A DNA stretch of 64,000 bases from Eubacteriales bacterium (GTDB lineage: Bacteria; Bacillota; Clostridia; Oscillospirales; SIG627), in the NCBI GenBank assembly GCA_045602025.1, contig JAZSAT010000004.1:7464-71463 (forward strand), read 5' to 3'. Under the pieces are notes generated by a model that saw only the letters and a list, made by a program, of their open reading frames with translations, was not told where the DNA came from and searched no databases. Shown here piece after piece: positions 53,531 through 64,000 of the stretch (the first letter of the stretch is position 1; each line of letters starts with the position of its first letter). The position numbers were made by a program, and so were the translations under genes.

Positions 53531-54663
53531 TGAAACTGAAAAACATCAAATGGAAGCATTATGTTTCTTATGTGGTTCTGATCATAGCAACCGTTGTCCT
53601 TGCCGCCCTCTCCTTCTCCGGTGCCCTGAGAAGCTCCGGCATTTATCTTCTGGAAAAGATCGCCATTTCCATTATACTTACCCTGTCTCTCAGTATGGTG
53701 GTAGGCTTTTTGGGCGAATTATCTCTTGGCCACGCAGGCTTTATGTGCCTCGGTGCGTACCTTGGCGGTAAATCCTCTCTTCTTTTAGAACCGGTCATGG
53801 GAGAGTATCCCGCACTCTTTGTTTCCATTCTTATCGGCGGTATCATCGCGGCCCTCTTCGGTGTTGTTATCGGTCTTCCCGCGCTGAGACTGCGGGGCGA
53901 CTACCTTGCCATTGTTACCCTGGCCTTCGGCGAGATCGTTCGAAGCGTATTTATGAACTCCTCCGAGGAGAGCTTCGGCGGATCCCTGGGTCTTTCAACT
54001 CCCCGCTTTGATAAAAGCACGCTCTTTATCATCGCCCTTGTCCTTGTGATCGCCTGTCTTGCCGTTACCCAGAACCTGATCCGCTCCAAGCACGGCAGAG
54101 CCATCACCTCTATCCGCGACAACGAGATCGCCGCAAAGGCAACGGGCATCAATGTAACAAAATACAAGCTGGCAGTCTTTACCATCTCCTCTTTCTTTGC
54201 AGGTGTGGCAGGTGTTCTTTACAGCTACTCCAACTTCACCGTGCAAAGCACCAACTTTGACTATAACTACTCCATTGAGATCCTGGTTATGGTGGTTCTC
54301 GGCGGTATGGGCAGCATTACAGGCTCTATGATCTCCGCGGCCCTCATTACCTTCCTGGATGTAGAATTGCAGACCATTCTCACCGGCAACCTGGCCGTGC
54401 TTCAGGATCTGTTCTACGCACTGATCCTCATTGTGCTTGTTATTTACAACAACGCCCCTGCCCTTCGTCCCTTCCGCGAAAAGTACAATCTGAAAAAGCT
54501 TTTTGCAAGCCTTCGGGCACACAACCCCGCCCACATCAAGGACGACGAGGCAAAGTGGGACAGAGTTCCCACCAAGATCCGTATGGACGAGGTCCTTTCC
54601 GTAGACCTTCAGGTCTCCTCTCCCTACACCCCCGATAAAGGCCAAAAGGAGGAGAAAAAATGA
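53530..54663 (+). CDS. livM: branched-chain amino acid ABC permease (LivM-like)
   Basis: 377 aa, polytopic. Its start overlaps the livH stop. Confidence 0.85.
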   Translation: MKLKNIKWKHYVSYVVLIIATVVLAALSFSGALRSSGIYLLEKIAISIILTLSLSMVVGFLGELSLGHAGFMCLGAYLGGKSSLLLEPVMGEYPALFVSILIGGIIAALFGVVIGLPALRLRGDYLAIVTLAFGEIVRSVFMNSSEESFGGSLGLSTPRFDKSTLFIIALVLVIACLAVTQNLIRSKHGRAITSIRDNEIAAKATGINVTKYKLAVFTISSFFAGVAGVLYSYSNFTVQSTNFDYNYSIEILVMVVLGGMGSITGSMISAALITFLDVELQTILTGNLAVLQDLFYALILIVLVIYNNAPALRPFREKYNLKKLFASLRAHNPAHIKDDEAKWDRVPTKIRMDEVLSVDLQVSSPYTPDKGQKEEKK

Positions 54664-55430
54664 GTGACATCGTTTTAAGAACAGAAAATCTCGGCATCTC
54701 CTTCGGTGGCTTGAAGGCGGTGCAGGATCTTGACCTTACCATCAAAAAAGGTCAGCTTTACGGCCTTGTAGGCCCCAACGGCGCAGGTAAGACCACCGTG
54801 TTCAATATGATCACAGGTGTGTATAAGCCCACCACAGGTAAATTTTTCCTTTGCGAGGAAAACCTTACCGGCAAAAGTCAGGAAAGCATCAACCACAAGG
54901 GCATCGCAAGAACCTTCCAGAACATTCGTCTGTTCAGCAATATGAGCGTGATCCGCAATGTTATGGTAGGCCTCCACAATCAGGAGGAATTCAAATGCGG
55001 CATTCTCACAAGTATTTTCCGCCTGCCCACTCATTTTAAGGTAGAAAAGAAAATGCGCGAGAGAGCAAAAGAGATCCTCTCCGTAGTAGGTCTTTTGGAG
55101 GAGAGAAACAACCTTTCCTGCAACCTCCCCTACGGCAAGCAGAGAAAGCTTGAGATCGCCCGCGCCCTTGCCACCAATCCGAAGCTTCTTTGCCTGGACG
55201 AGCCTGCGGCAGGTATGAACCCTCAGGAAACCGCGGATCTGATGGAGATCATCCGTCGCATCCGCAAGGATTTTGATATGACCATTCTTCTCATCGAGCA
55301 CGATATGAAATTCGTATCCGGCCTTTGCGATGAGATCACCGTACTGAACTTCGGCACCGTGCTTGCACAGGGCAAGCCCGAGGATGCATTAAACGACCCC
55401 GAAGTAATCAAGGCTTATATAGGAGGATGA
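54660..55430 (+). CDS. livG: branched-chain amino acid ABC ATP-binding protein (LivG-like)
   Basis: Walker A GPNGAGKTT, signature YGKQRKLEIA, Walker B LLCLDEP. Confidence 0.9.
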   Translation: MSDIVLRTENLGISFGGLKAVQDLDLTIKKGQLYGLVGPNGAGKTTVFNMITGVYKPTTGKFFLCEENLTGKSQESINHKGIARTFQNIRLFSNMSVIRNVMVGLHNQEEFKCGILTSIFRLPTHFKVEKKMRERAKEILSVVGLLEERNNLSCNLPYGKQRKLEIARALATNPKLLCLDEPAAGMNPQETADLMEIIRRIRKDFDMTILLIEHDMKFVSGLCDEITVLNFGTVLAQGKPEDALNDPEVIKAYIGG

Positions 55431-55434
55431 TGCC

Positions 55435-56169
55435 ATGGCACTACTTGAAGTAAAAGATCTCTCGGTATACTACGGCGTGATCCAGGCCCTGAAAAGCATC
55501 AGCTTTGAGGTAAATGAGGGCGAGATCGTCACCCTGATCGGTGCCAACGGCGCAGGCAAAACCACCACCATGCAAAGCGTCATCGGCCTGATCCCCTCCC
55601 GAAGCGGAGAAGTCATCTACGATGGCAAGGACATCACCAAAATGCCCTGCCACAAGATCGTGCATCTTGGTATGAGCCAGGTTCCCGAGGGCAGACGCAT
55701 CTTTCAGGAATTAACCGTTTACGAAAACCTTATAATGGGCGGTTATTCCTTAAAAAACAATTCCACCTTCAAGGAAGATGTGGAAAAGATCTACACCCGC
55801 TTCCCCCGCCTTGCGGAGAGAAGAAATCAGATCGCAGGAACTCTTTCCGGCGGTGAGCAGCAAATGCTGGCAATGGGAAGAGCACTGATGTCTCACCCCA
55901 AGCTTCTGATGCTGGACGAGCCCTCCATGGGTCTTTCTCCCTTGCTTGTAGATCAGGTGTTTGAGATCATCAAAGACATCAACAAAGACGGTACCACCAT
56001 TTTGCTCGTAGAACAAAACGCGGGAAAATCCCTCGCCATTTCCGACAGAGCCTATGTTCTGGAAACGGGAAGCATCGTGCTTTCGGGAACCGGAAAAGAG
56101 CTGGCTTCCAGTGACGAAGTGAAAAAAGCCTATTTGGGAGACGCAGGGAAGCGAAACGACAAAGTTTAA
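55435..56169 (+). CDS. livF: branched-chain amino acid ABC ATP-binding protein (LivF-like)
   Basis: Walker A GANGAGKTT, signature LSGGEQQML, Walker B LLMLDEP. Confidence 0.9.
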   Translation: MALLEVKDLSVYYGVIQALKSISFEVNEGEIVTLIGANGAGKTTTMQSVIGLIPSRSGEVIYDGKDITKMPCHKIVHLGMSQVPEGRRIFQELTVYENLIMGGYSLKNNSTFKEDVEKIYTRFPRLAERRNQIAGTLSGGEQQMLAMGRALMSHPKLLMLDEPSMGLSPLLVDQVFEIIKDINKDGTTILLVEQNAGKSLAISDRAYVLETGSIVLSGTGKELASSDEVKKAYLGDAGKRNDKV

Positions 56170-56220
56170 TTTTTTAACCCTTCGTTTCCCCCTTTGTACC
56201 ACCAAAATTTTATCGCTTTT

Positions 56221-56250
56221 TTGTCGAAAAGAAGGCTTCTTTGCCGACAA
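56221..56250. repeat. hairpin related to the dispersed family (TTGTCGAAAAGAAGGCTTCTTTGCCGACAA)
   Basis: Shares TTTTGTCGAAA...TTCTTTGCC with 28290-28312. Confidence 0.45.
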
Positions 56251-56286
56251 ATGTATTGAATCAAAATAAAAACAAGGAGTTAAAAA

Positions 56287-57948
56287 ATGAAAATTTCATC
56301 CCTTCAGGAAAAAAGATATGCCTATCAGCCCAAGCTTCCCGGTATGCTGATGGGCGGCACGGAAAACATCTGTGTAAAAGAAGGAAACGCTACCCAAAGC
56401 GTAGCCGATCAGGATAAGATCCGTGCTCTCTTCCCCAACACCTACGGCAAAAAGGAGATCACCTTCCAAAAAGGTGTGAACACCTCCGAAAAGAAGAGCC
56501 ACACCATCGGTGTGATCCTCTCCGGCGGTCAGGCACCCGGCGGACACAATGTGATCTGCGGTCTTTACGATGCGCTGAAAGGTGCTGACAAGAACAATGT
56601 TCTCTACGGCTTCAAGGGCGGTCCCAGCGGACTTTTGGAAGACGATTTCATTATTTTCGATGACAAGTTTATCGATGAATACAGAAACACCGGCGGCTTT
56701 GATATCATCGGCTCCGGCAGAACCAAGCTTGAGACCCGCGAGCAGTTTGCCGTGGTAGCCCAGGTCTGCAAGAAGCACGGCATCAACGCCCTTGTGATCA
56801 TCGGCGGTGACGACTCCAACACCAACGCTGCCGTTCTTGCCGAGTATTTTGCCGCTGAAAAGGCCGGCATTCAGGTAATCGGCTGTCCCAAGACCATCGA
56901 CGGCGACCTGAAGAACGAAGATATCGAGTGCTCCTTCGGCTTTGATACCGCTACCAAGACCTACAGTGAGATCATCGGTAACATCGAAAGAGACGCCAAG
57001 AGTGCAAAGAAGTATTGGCACTTTGTCAAGGTTATGGGTCGCTCCGCTTCCCATGTTGCTCTGGAATGCGCCCTTCAGACACAGCCCAATGTTTGCCTCA
57101 TTTCCGAAGAGGTTGCCGCTAAGAAAATGTCTCTTGCGGAAATCACCGACACCCTGGCAAACTCTGTTTGCGACAGAGCCGCAAAGGGTATGAATTACGG
57201 TGTGGCACTGATCCCCGAAGGCGTTGTGGAATTCGTTCCCGAATTTTCCGTTCTCATTCACGAGATCAACGAGCTTCTGGCCGGCAGCCGTGCAGATGAC
57301 TTCAACGCTCTCCCCTCCTGGGAAGCAAAATATGAATTTATCAAAAACGGTCTCACCGAGGAATCCATGAAGGTATTTGCCATCCTTCCTCAGACCATCC
57401 AGCAGCAGCTGTTTTTGGAAAGAGACCCCCACGGCAATGTGCAGGTATCTCTCATTGAATCTGAAAAGCTCTTCTCCGCAATGGTAAAGGAAAACCTTGC
57501 CGCAAGAAAAGAAAAGGGAACCTACAAAGGAAAATTCAGCCCCCTTCACCACTTCCTCGGCTACGAAGGCCGCTGTGCATTCCCCTCTAACTTTGATGCA
57601 GATTACTGCTATTCCCTCGGCTTCAACGCCTTTATGCTCATTCAGTACGGCTACACCGGATACCTTTCCAAGATCTCGAATCTTTCTCAGCCTGCCGAAA
57701 ACTGGGTTGCAGGCGGTATGCCCATCACCAAGATGATGAACATGGAAAGAAGACACGGCGAAGACAAGCCCGTTATTAAAAAAGCTCTTGTTGAGCTTGA
57801 CGGTAAGCCCTTCAAGTATTTCGAAGAAAGAAGAGCAAAATGGTCCGAGGAGACCTTGTATGTATATCCCGGTGCCATCCAGTACTACGGCCCCGCCGAA
57901 GTATGCGACGCCACCACCGTTACCCTGGCTCTCGAGCAGGAGAAATAA
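56287..57948 (+). CDS. pfp: diphosphate--fructose-6-phosphate 1-phosphotransferase (PPi-dependent PFK, long form)
   Basis: 553 aa. [24 protein letters not shown] and PKTIDGD motifs. Confidence 0.85.
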   Translation: MKISSLQEKRYAYQPKLPGMLMGGTENICVKEGNATQSVADQDKIRALFPNTYGKKEITFQKGVNTSEKKSHTIGVILSGGQAPGGHNVICGLYDALKGADKNNVLYGFKGGPSGLLEDDFIIFDDKFIDEYRNTGGFDIIGSGRTKLETREQFAVVAQVCKKHGINALVIIGGDDSNTNAAVLAEYFAAEKAGIQVIGCPKTIDGDLKNEDIECSFGFDTATKTYSEIIGNIERDAKSAKKYWHFVKVMGRSASHVALECALQTQPNVCLISEEVAAKKMSLAEITDTLANSVCDRAAKGMNYGVALIPEGVVEFVPEFSVLIHEINELLAGSRADDFNALPSWEAKYEFIKNGLTEESMKVFAILPQTIQQQLFLERDPHGNVQVSLIESEKLFSAMVKENLAARKEKGTYKGKFSPLHHFLGYEGRCAFPSNFDADYCYSLGFNAFMLIQYGYTGYLSKISNLSQPAENWVAGGMPITKMMNMERRHGEDKPVIKKALVELDGKPFKYFEERRAKWSEETLYVYPGAIQYYGPAEVCDATTVTLALEQEK

Positions 57949-57952
57949 TAAT

Positions 57953-57987
57953 AAAAAAACGACTTTCTTTTGAAAGTCGTTTTTTTA
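57953..57987 (+). terminator. rho-independent terminator of pfp
   Basis: cgactttc/gaaagtcg stem flanked by A7 and T7. Confidence 0.8.
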
Positions 57988-58109
57988 TGCCGCAATGGAA
58001 AACGCAATGTTCACACAAATATTTTTGGTGTATGGTAGAGCGAGAGTTCCTATCGCCGCAGACAAGTGTTAGCCCTTGTGGAAAATGCTTTTTATTCGCA
58101 CATTTTTCC

Positions 58110-58889
58110 CTATTGGTCCTTTTTGCGAAAGGCTTGGGGCGTCATCCCTTCTCTCTTCCGAAACAGCTTGCAAAAATAGGTGTAATTGGGTATTCCCACC
58201 CTTTCACAAATGCGGCAAACAGGCTCATCGGTCTGCAGAAGATACTCCTTTGCCTTTTCCATACGGCAGAAAATCAAATATTCATTCACCGAGGTTCCGA
58301 TATTTTCCCGAAACAGGCGGTAAAGAGAGGTTTTCGAAATGAAAAACCTCGTACAGATAGAAGATACGGAAATATCTTCCCGCAAATTCTCTTCCATATA
58401 CTCTTTGATCTGGGTAGCAAGATCCTCCTTTTCCACCTCAATGGCAGAGGAAAACAAAATATTTTCAAAAAGAGACCGAAGTGAAGAAAGCTTTTTCTCG
58501 TCAAAAACAGGGATCTTTTCATATAAAGATAAATATGCTTCCTCCGGTAAGAGACTCTCTCCTTCCAGACGAATGCGTCCCATGAGAATATACCCAACCG
58601 TCAGATCCCCTTTTTTGATGGGAAGGACGGCATCGTAAAGCCCCGCAGGACAAATATGACTTTCGTATTCTCCGCTTTCCTTGCAACGCAAAAGAAGCTT
58701 TTCATCGGAAGCACGGCAAGCACTCCGGTGGTTTTCTTCCTTTTGATAGAAGGAACAAAAGTCCTTTTCCTTTGCCACATTGCAAAGAACATTTCTCTCC
58801 GCATCCAAAAAAGAAAGGCTGATCCCCGTTAAATAGTGCAAGTCACTGAGGATCTCTTGCAGCTTTTCTCTGTGATAATGTATCTTCAT
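58110..58889 (-). CDS. AraC-family regulator with N-terminal PocR sensory domain
   Basis: PocR-like Cys/His pattern followed by a dual HTH C-terminus. Confidence 0.8.
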   Translation of the reverse strand: MKIHYHREKLQEILSDLHYLTGISLSFLDAERNVLCNVAKEKDFCSFYQKEENHRSACRASDEKLLLRCKESGEYESHICPAGLYDAVLPIKKGDLTVGYILMGRIRLEGESLLPEEAYLSLYEKIPVFDEKKLSSLRSLFENILFSSAIEVEKEDLATQIKEYMEENLREDISVSSICTRFFISKTSLYRLFRENIGTSVNEYLIFCRMEKAKEYLLQTDEPVCRICERVGIPNYTYFCKLFRKREGMTPQAFRKKDQ

Positions 58890-59013
58890 ATTTCACCCTC
58901 CGTTTCTTATTATACCAATTTTGGAACAAAAGTGCAATATATGGGAAGATTTTGTCTTGCATATTTTCCCCCCCTGTACTATGATAGAATCAGAAGAAAA
59001 AAGGAGAGTCTTT

Positions 59014-60069
59014 ATGAAAACCATTTCACAGCTTGACTCCAATTTTAAAGTGGAAAAGCGGATCGACCTTCCCGACGCCCGCTTTTTTAGCATCAAAAAA
59101 AATCCACAATTTTTATATGGCCTTATGTTTGACGAAAAAGGCTTTTTCCGTATGAAAGAGGAGGATGCCGAAAGCATAAGCGATGGCGTCAGGGGGCTTT
59201 GCCGCGCCACCTCCGGCGGCAGGATCCGTTTTCAGACCGATTCCCCTTATGTTGCCATTCGGGTAAAGTCTCCCCTTCGGGAAATGCCCCCTCACATCAG
59301 CCCCGCAGGCTGTGTGGGCTTTGACCTTTACCGAAACGGCAGGTTTTGCGGCTTTTTTCCGCCACCTCAAAATACCGCGGCAGGATATGAAAGTGTAGTT
59401 CGCTTTTTGGAAACAGGAAAATGCGAGATCACCGTTCACTTTCCCCTTTACAGTGAGGTAGAGGAGGTGGAGATCGGCATCCGGGAAGATGCCCTTTTGG
59501 AAGCCGCAGCCCCCTTTGAATATGACAAGAGGATCCTCTTCTACGGCTCCTCCATCACCCAGGGTGCCTGCGTTTCCCGTGCAGGTCTTTCCTATGTGAA
59601 CATCCTTGCCAACAAACTACAGTGCGATGTTCTGAACCTTGGCTTTTCGGGCAACGCCCTGGGAGAAGTAAAAGCGGCAGAATACATTGCAAAACAAAAT
59701 CCCGACATATTTGTGATGGACTACGAGCACAACGCCCCCACCGTGGCGCATCTTGAAAAGACCCACTATTCTTTTTACCGCGCCTTCCGCGCCCTCTGCC
59801 CCAAAGCCCCGGTCCTGATGCTCTCCTCTCCCGATTTTCCCTTTAAACCCGAAAGCCGAAGAAAGAGAAGAGAAGTGATCCTTCAAAGCTTCGAAAAGGG
59901 CAAAAAGGACGGGGATGAGAACCTTTTCTTTGTAGACGGAGAAACCTTTTACCCCAAGGCTTCTTGGGATGCCTGCTCGGTAGATACCGTCCACCCCAAT
60001 GACCTGGGCCACCACTTTATGGCAGAGGCCCTTTACCCCATTTTAAAGGAGATTTTAGAAACATGCTGA
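59014..60069 (+). CDS. SGNH/GDSL-family hydrolase (carbohydrate esterase-like)
   Basis: Start at MKTISQ (GGAG SD). Block I FYGSSIT and block V DTVHPNDLGH. Confidence 0.75.
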   Translation: MKTISQLDSNFKVEKRIDLPDARFFSIKKNPQFLYGLMFDEKGFFRMKEEDAESISDGVRGLCRATSGGRIRFQTDSPYVAIRVKSPLREMPPHISPAGCVGFDLYRNGRFCGFFPPPQNTAAGYESVVRFLETGKCEITVHFPLYSEVEEVEIGIREDALLEAAAPFEYDKRILFYGSSITQGACVSRAGLSYVNILANKLQCDVLNLGFSGNALGEVKAAEYIAKQNPDIFVMDYEHNAPTVAHLEKTHYSFYRAFRALCPKAPVLMLSSPDFPFKPESRRKRREVILQSFEKGKKDGDENLFFVDGETFYPKASWDACSVDTVHPNDLGHHFMAEALYPILKEILETC

Positions 60070-60914
60070 ACGCGCTGTATCTTATCGCCATTATTTTAGG
60101 CATTTCCGGACAAAACATTTCCAAAAAACCCTTTACCCAAAAGGCACAGGGAAAAGGTGTTTTCTTCTTCGGTTCCCTTGTAAGCTTTACTGCTATGCTC
60201 TTTTTCGTGATCACGGGAAAGGATCTTGATTTTCAGCTTTCCTACCTTCCCTATTCCATCGGCTTTGCGGCCTCTTACGCGGTCAGCACTCTTTTTATTG
60301 TGCTTGCGATCCGCCACGGCTCCCTTTCCTTAACCTCCCTGTTTGTATCCTTCTCTCTGATGCTGCCTACCTTCTACGGGCTCATCTTCCTGTCCGACCC
60401 CATCGGACCCGGCCTCATTCCCGGTATTCTGCTGCTTGCCGCAGCCATTTTCTTAACCCGGCAAAAGGGCGAAAAGGGCGGCTTTAATGCCAAATGGCTA
60501 ATCCTTGTTTTCCTCGCCTTCTGCGGCAACGGTATGTGCTCCGTGGTACAGAAAATGCAGCAGGTAGCCTCCGGCGGCAAGGGCAAAAGTGAATTTATGA
60601 TCCTGGCCCTCGGTATCGATGCCGTTGTCCTTCTTCTCCTTTCCCTCTTGAAGGAAAGCAAGGATTTTCCCGCCTTCGGAAAGGCGGCAGTCCTGCCTGC
60701 TCTGATCGGCGGTGTCCTCAACGGAATGGTAAACCTTTTTGTTATGATCCTTTCCGCAAGAATGCCCGTTTCCGTGATGTTCCCTCTCATTTCCGCAGGA
60801 GGAATTCTTGTCACCTTCCTGGTAGCCCTCACCTTCTATAAAGAAAAATTCACGAAAGTTCAGCTGGCGGGATACCTTTGCGGTGTCCTCTCCGTTGTTT
60901 TCCTGAACTTATAA
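60063..60914 (+). CDS. DMT-superfamily membrane transporter
   Basis: 283 aa, about 10 TM helices. Overlaps the upstream stop. Confidence 0.65.
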   Translation: MLNALYLIAIILGISGQNISKKPFTQKAQGKGVFFFGSLVSFTAMLFFVITGKDLDFQLSYLPYSIGFAASYAVSTLFIVLAIRHGSLSLTSLFVSFSLMLPTFYGLIFLSDPIGPGLIPGILLLAAAIFLTRQKGEKGGFNAKWLILVFLAFCGNGMCSVVQKMQQVASGGKGKSEFMILALGIDAVVLLLLSLLKESKDFPAFGKAAVLPALIGGVLNGMVNLFVMILSARMPVSVMFPLISAGGILVTFLVALTFYKEKFTKVQLAGYLCGVLSVVFLNL

Positions 60915-60924
60915 GGGGGAAACT

Positions 60925-62802
60925 ATGTATCAAATTTCTGTTCCCGTTAAAAGCCAGACCTTTGACCGCTGTGGGAAGGATATCATCCTTCAGGATCTGA
61001 AAAAGATCGGCGCAAAAAGAGTTTTTCTCACCCTTGCCACCTACGAGCCGGATCCCGCAAAACGAAAGGAAATCATGGCAACCTTCCGCGAAAATGCAGC
61101 CTTCTTCAAAAAAGAAGGGTTCGAGGTCGGTGCCTGGCTCTGGACCTTTAACCTTCCCGAAAATAAGCTTTTCGGGGAAATGAAAAGCCTCGACGGCAAA
61201 ACAATTACCGATGTATGCTGTCCCGCAGACCCCGATTTTGTCCGCTTCAGCGCGGATTATATCAGCGAAATTGCAGAAAACGGAGCGCAGATCGTTCTCT
61301 TCGACGACGACTTCCGCTACGGCTTCCAGAACGGCAATTCCCCCGCCTGTCTTTGCGACAGGCACCTTGCTATGATTGAAAAGCTCCTTGGGGAAAAGGT
61401 AACGCAAGAAGAGATGAGAGAGCACATTCTCTCGGGAGAGAAGAACAAATACCGCGATGCCTTCCTTCAGGCAAACGGAGACGCCTTCCGAAACTTTGCG
61501 AAAGCTGTGCGGAAAAAGGTAGACGAAAAGCACCCCGAGGTGCGCATCGGCGCATGCGCCTGTATGTCCTCCTGGGATCTTGACGGAGTCGATGCTTATG
61601 AGATCGCCTCTCTTTTGGCAGGGAAAAACCGTCCCTTTATGCGTCTCATCGGCGCGCCCTACTGGGCTGTCAGAAAAAGCTGGGGCTGCTCTATGCAGGA
61701 TGTGATCCAGCAGGAAAGACTGGAATGTGCCTGGACCCGCAAGGGAGATATTGAGATCATCTCTGAGGGAGATACCTTCCCCCGTCCCCGCTCCAACTGC
61801 CCCGCCTCTTACCTGGAAGGGTTTGATACTGCCATGCGCGTAGCAGGCTGTACCGAGGGCATTTTGAAATATGTTTTCGATTATTTTGCAAATGCCGATT
61901 ACGAAAGAGGCTATGTTCGTGCCCATATAAAAAACGAAAAGGTCTACGAAGCACTCCCCGACTTTTTCGACAAAAAAGAATCCTGCGGTATCCGCGTTTG
62001 GGAAATGCAAAGGAAAATTTCCCAAATGAAAATGCCCACCAAGGTAAACGATACCGTTCAGATCGAATACCTTTTCTTCTCCAAAGCCTCCCGTATGCTC
62101 TCCCACCTTGCCATCCCCACCGTATTTGAGGGTGAGGGGGTTTGCGGCATCTGCTTTGACGAGAATGCAAGAAGCCTTCCCTTATCCGCCCTGGACCACG
62201 GTATGATCCTCGATATCGCCGCCGCAGAGATCCTCACTGAGCGCGGTGTGGATGTGGGTCTGCTCTCCATTGGTGAAGGCACCAAAACAGGCACGATCGA
62301 ACGCTTTCTTCATAATAACAACCATACCCTTACCCGCAATATGACTGTTTTCGATATCCGCCTGAAAGACGGTGCGGAAATTTTAAGCGACACGGAAACA
62401 AAATTCGGCACTTACCCCGTTTCCTACCGCTACGAAAACGAAAAAGGTCAACGCTTTTTAGTCCTCAATTTCAATACCCGCGACGGAGATCCCCATCTGC
62501 AGTACCACTATGAAAGAGGCAGACAGATCGCGGAAAACATCCCCTATCTTTCAGAAAATACGCTTCCTGCCTTTACCTCGGGCCACCCCCACCTTTATAT
62601 GCAGTGCAAAAAAGGAGAAGACGGCAAGTGCGCCGTCGGCCTGTGGAATTTCTTTGCCGATGAAGCAGAAAATGTCGAGATCCTACTTGATAAGGAATAT
62701 AAAGGCCTTCGCCTCATCGGTGCAAAGGGCACCCTTTCGGGGAACAAGGTTACTCTTGATACCGTCCCCCCCTTCGGCTTTGCCGCTGTAGAAGTTTTTT
62801 AA
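60925..62802 (+). CDS. hypothetical 625-aa cytoplasmic protein (possible TIM-barrel carbohydrate-active enzyme)
   Basis: GGGGGA SD. No family motif recognised. Embedded between a transporter and GH28. Confidence 0.6.
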   Translation: MYQISVPVKSQTFDRCGKDIILQDLKKIGAKRVFLTLATYEPDPAKRKEIMATFRENAAFFKKEGFEVGAWLWTFNLPENKLFGEMKSLDGKTITDVCCPADPDFVRFSADYISEIAENGAQIVLFDDDFRYGFQNGNSPACLCDRHLAMIEKLLGEKVTQEEMREHILSGEKNKYRDAFLQANGDAFRNFAKAVRKKVDEKHPEVRIGACACMSSWDLDGVDAYEIASLLAGKNRPFMRLIGAPYWAVRKSWGCSMQDVIQQERLECAWTRKGDIEIISEGDTFPRPRSNCPASYLEGFDTAMRVAGCTEGILKYVFDYFANADYERGYVRAHIKNEKVYEALPDFFDKKESCGIRVWEMQRKISQMKMPTKVNDTVQIEYLFFSKASRMLSHLAIPTVFEGEGVCGICFDENARSLPLSALDHGMILDIAAAEILTERGVDVGLLSIGEGTKTGTIERFLHNNNHTLTRNMTVFDIRLKDGAEILSDTETKFGTYPVSYRYENEKGQRFLVLNFNTRDGDPHLQYHYERGRQIAENIPYLSENTLPAFTSGHPHLYMQCKKGEDGKCAVGLWNFFADEAENVEILLDKEYKGLRLIGAKGTLSGNKVTLDTVPPFGFAAVEVF

Positions 62803-62817
62803 AAAGGAGAAAAGAAA

Positions 62818-64000
62818 ATGGTAAAAATCTATCCGGTTACAAAAGGTGAAATTGATACCGAGGATTACGAGGTCAGAATCAACGGTGAAAAGATCGAATT
62901 AAATACCGCACGGGTATCCAAATACCCCATCAACCGCCGCTGGCCGGGGCATCAGAGAGAAATTTCTCAAACGGAGCTTATTAATTTTGCTCTGATGGAA
63001 TTTGTGGATGCCACCACCTTTGAGATCCGTCCCAAAAAGCCCTTTGAAAAGGTGGAGATCCGTCCCAAGTCCCTCGGTATTACCCCTGTGGTGGAAAACG
63101 GAGTGATCCGCTTCACCTTGGAAAAGCCCGCCTACTTTACGGTAGAGCCCTTCGGCAGACATGAGGCCCTGCACATTTTTGCCGATCCCGAGCAGTTTAA
63201 AATGGTTCGGAAAGGAGACGGAAATTCCATTTATTTTGAAAAAGGTGTTCACGAAGCAGGTGTGATAGAGCTTCACGACAACGAGACCGTCTACCTGGAA
63301 GAGGGTGCTGTGGTCTACGGCTCCATTTTTGCAAAAGACGCCAAAAATATCCGTATTTTGGGCAAGGGTATTTTAGATAACAGCCACAACAAAGAAGAGA
63401 TCCTCTTTCCCGTAAAAGACTCTCCCAACGATGTTGCCATCAAAAACGCAACCCGCCGCCACACCATTGTATTGGAGTACTGTGAGAACATTCACATCGG
63501 CGGTATCACCATCCGCGACAGCCTTGCGTATACCGTGCGCCCCAGTGCCTGCAAAAACCTTTTGATCCAGAATGTAAAGGTCATCGGCAACTGGCGATAC
63601 AATTCCGACGGATTTGATATGCACAACTGCGAAAATGTAATGATCGATAACTGCTTCCTCCGCACCTTCGACGATTCCATCTGCGCCAAGGGCTTTGACT
63701 GCTACTATGAGGGCGATGTGGAAGAGCAGGTGAAAAAGGCAATGTACCGTGACGGCAAAAAGTACGATACCTTCCACAATCTTGTGGTACAAAACTGCGT
63801 GATCTGGAACGACTGGGGAAAAGCCCTTGAGATCGGTGCCGAGACCCGCGCAGAGGAAATGTACGATATCACCTTCCGAAACTGTGATCTGATTCACACA
63901 ACAGGTCCCGCCCTTGATATTCTCAATGTGGACTACGCCCATGTACACGATGTAATCTTCAAAAACATCAATGTGGAATACGACGATGAAAACCTAACTC
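62818..64000 (+). CDS. GH28-like parallel beta-helix glycosidase (polygalacturonase family), 3'-truncated by the window
   Basis: Hand-translated from ATG 62818 (GGAG SD) and open to the window end. NSDGFD and FDDSICAKG motifs. Confidence 0.7.
   Translation, partial: MVKIYPVTKGEIDTEDYEVRINGEKIELNTARVSKYPINRRWPGHQREISQTELINFALMEFVDATTFEIRPKKPFEKVEIRPKSLGITPVVENGVIRFTLEKPAYFTVEPFGRHEALHIFADPEQFKMVRKGDGNSIYFEKGVHEAGVIELHDNETVYLEEGAVVYGSIFAKDAKNIRILGKGILDNSHNKEEILFPVKDSPNDVAIKNATRRHTIVLEYCENIHIGGITIRDSLAYTVRPSACKNLLIQNVKVIGNWRYNSDGFDMHNCENVMIDNCFLRTFDDSICAKGFDCYYEGDVEEQVKKAMYRDGKKYDTFHNLVVQNCVIWNDWGKALEIGAETRAEEMYDITFRNCDLIHTTGPALDILNVDYAHVHDVIFKNINVEYDDENLT

Overview
64-kb chromosomal window, about 50% GC by eye, from a spore-forming Firmicute. 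spoIVB, a flavodiiron protein with rubredoxin, PPi-dependent PFK and cohesin/dockerin proteins suggest a Clostridia/Oscillospiraceae-like gut anaerobe (inference). Most of the window is ordinary core and carbohydrate metabolism: greA, rsmF-like, mtnN-luxS, rluD-like, tRNA-Lys, a two-component system, hom/thrC, upp-pyrP, GH3, htrA, spoIVB, a galactonate-type oxidative sugar cluster with dgoD, a liv-type ABC transporter, pfp and a GH28/SGNH cluster. The main finding is an ~8.2-kb insert (20008-28254) bounded by 28-bp direct repeats that duplicate the 3' end of thrC. It carries a tyrosine recombinase, a 54-aa ORF and two large secreted cohesin/dockerin/LRR proteins. Between the recombinase and that operon lies a 253-bp segment (27030-27282) flanked by 22-bp inverted repeats with asymmetric cores. 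It contains a near-consensus extended -10 promoter that currently points away from the operon into a terminator, which fits a phase-variable invertible promoter caught in the OFF orientation. The second theme is dispersed non-coding repeats. One family is stem-variable hairpins with a constant TTTC(TC)GA(GA)AA core. The other is a ~150-nt structured element present twice, each copy abutting the stop codon of a minus-strand gene and showing compensatory base changes. A solitary RAYT/IS200-like Y1 transposase sits next to tRNA-Lys. Two adjacent enzyme homologs, one DapL-like and one HtrA-like, appear to have lost their catalytic residues. No CRISPR array or rRNA was seen. All calls come from reading the sequence and remembered family motifs; no database search was run.
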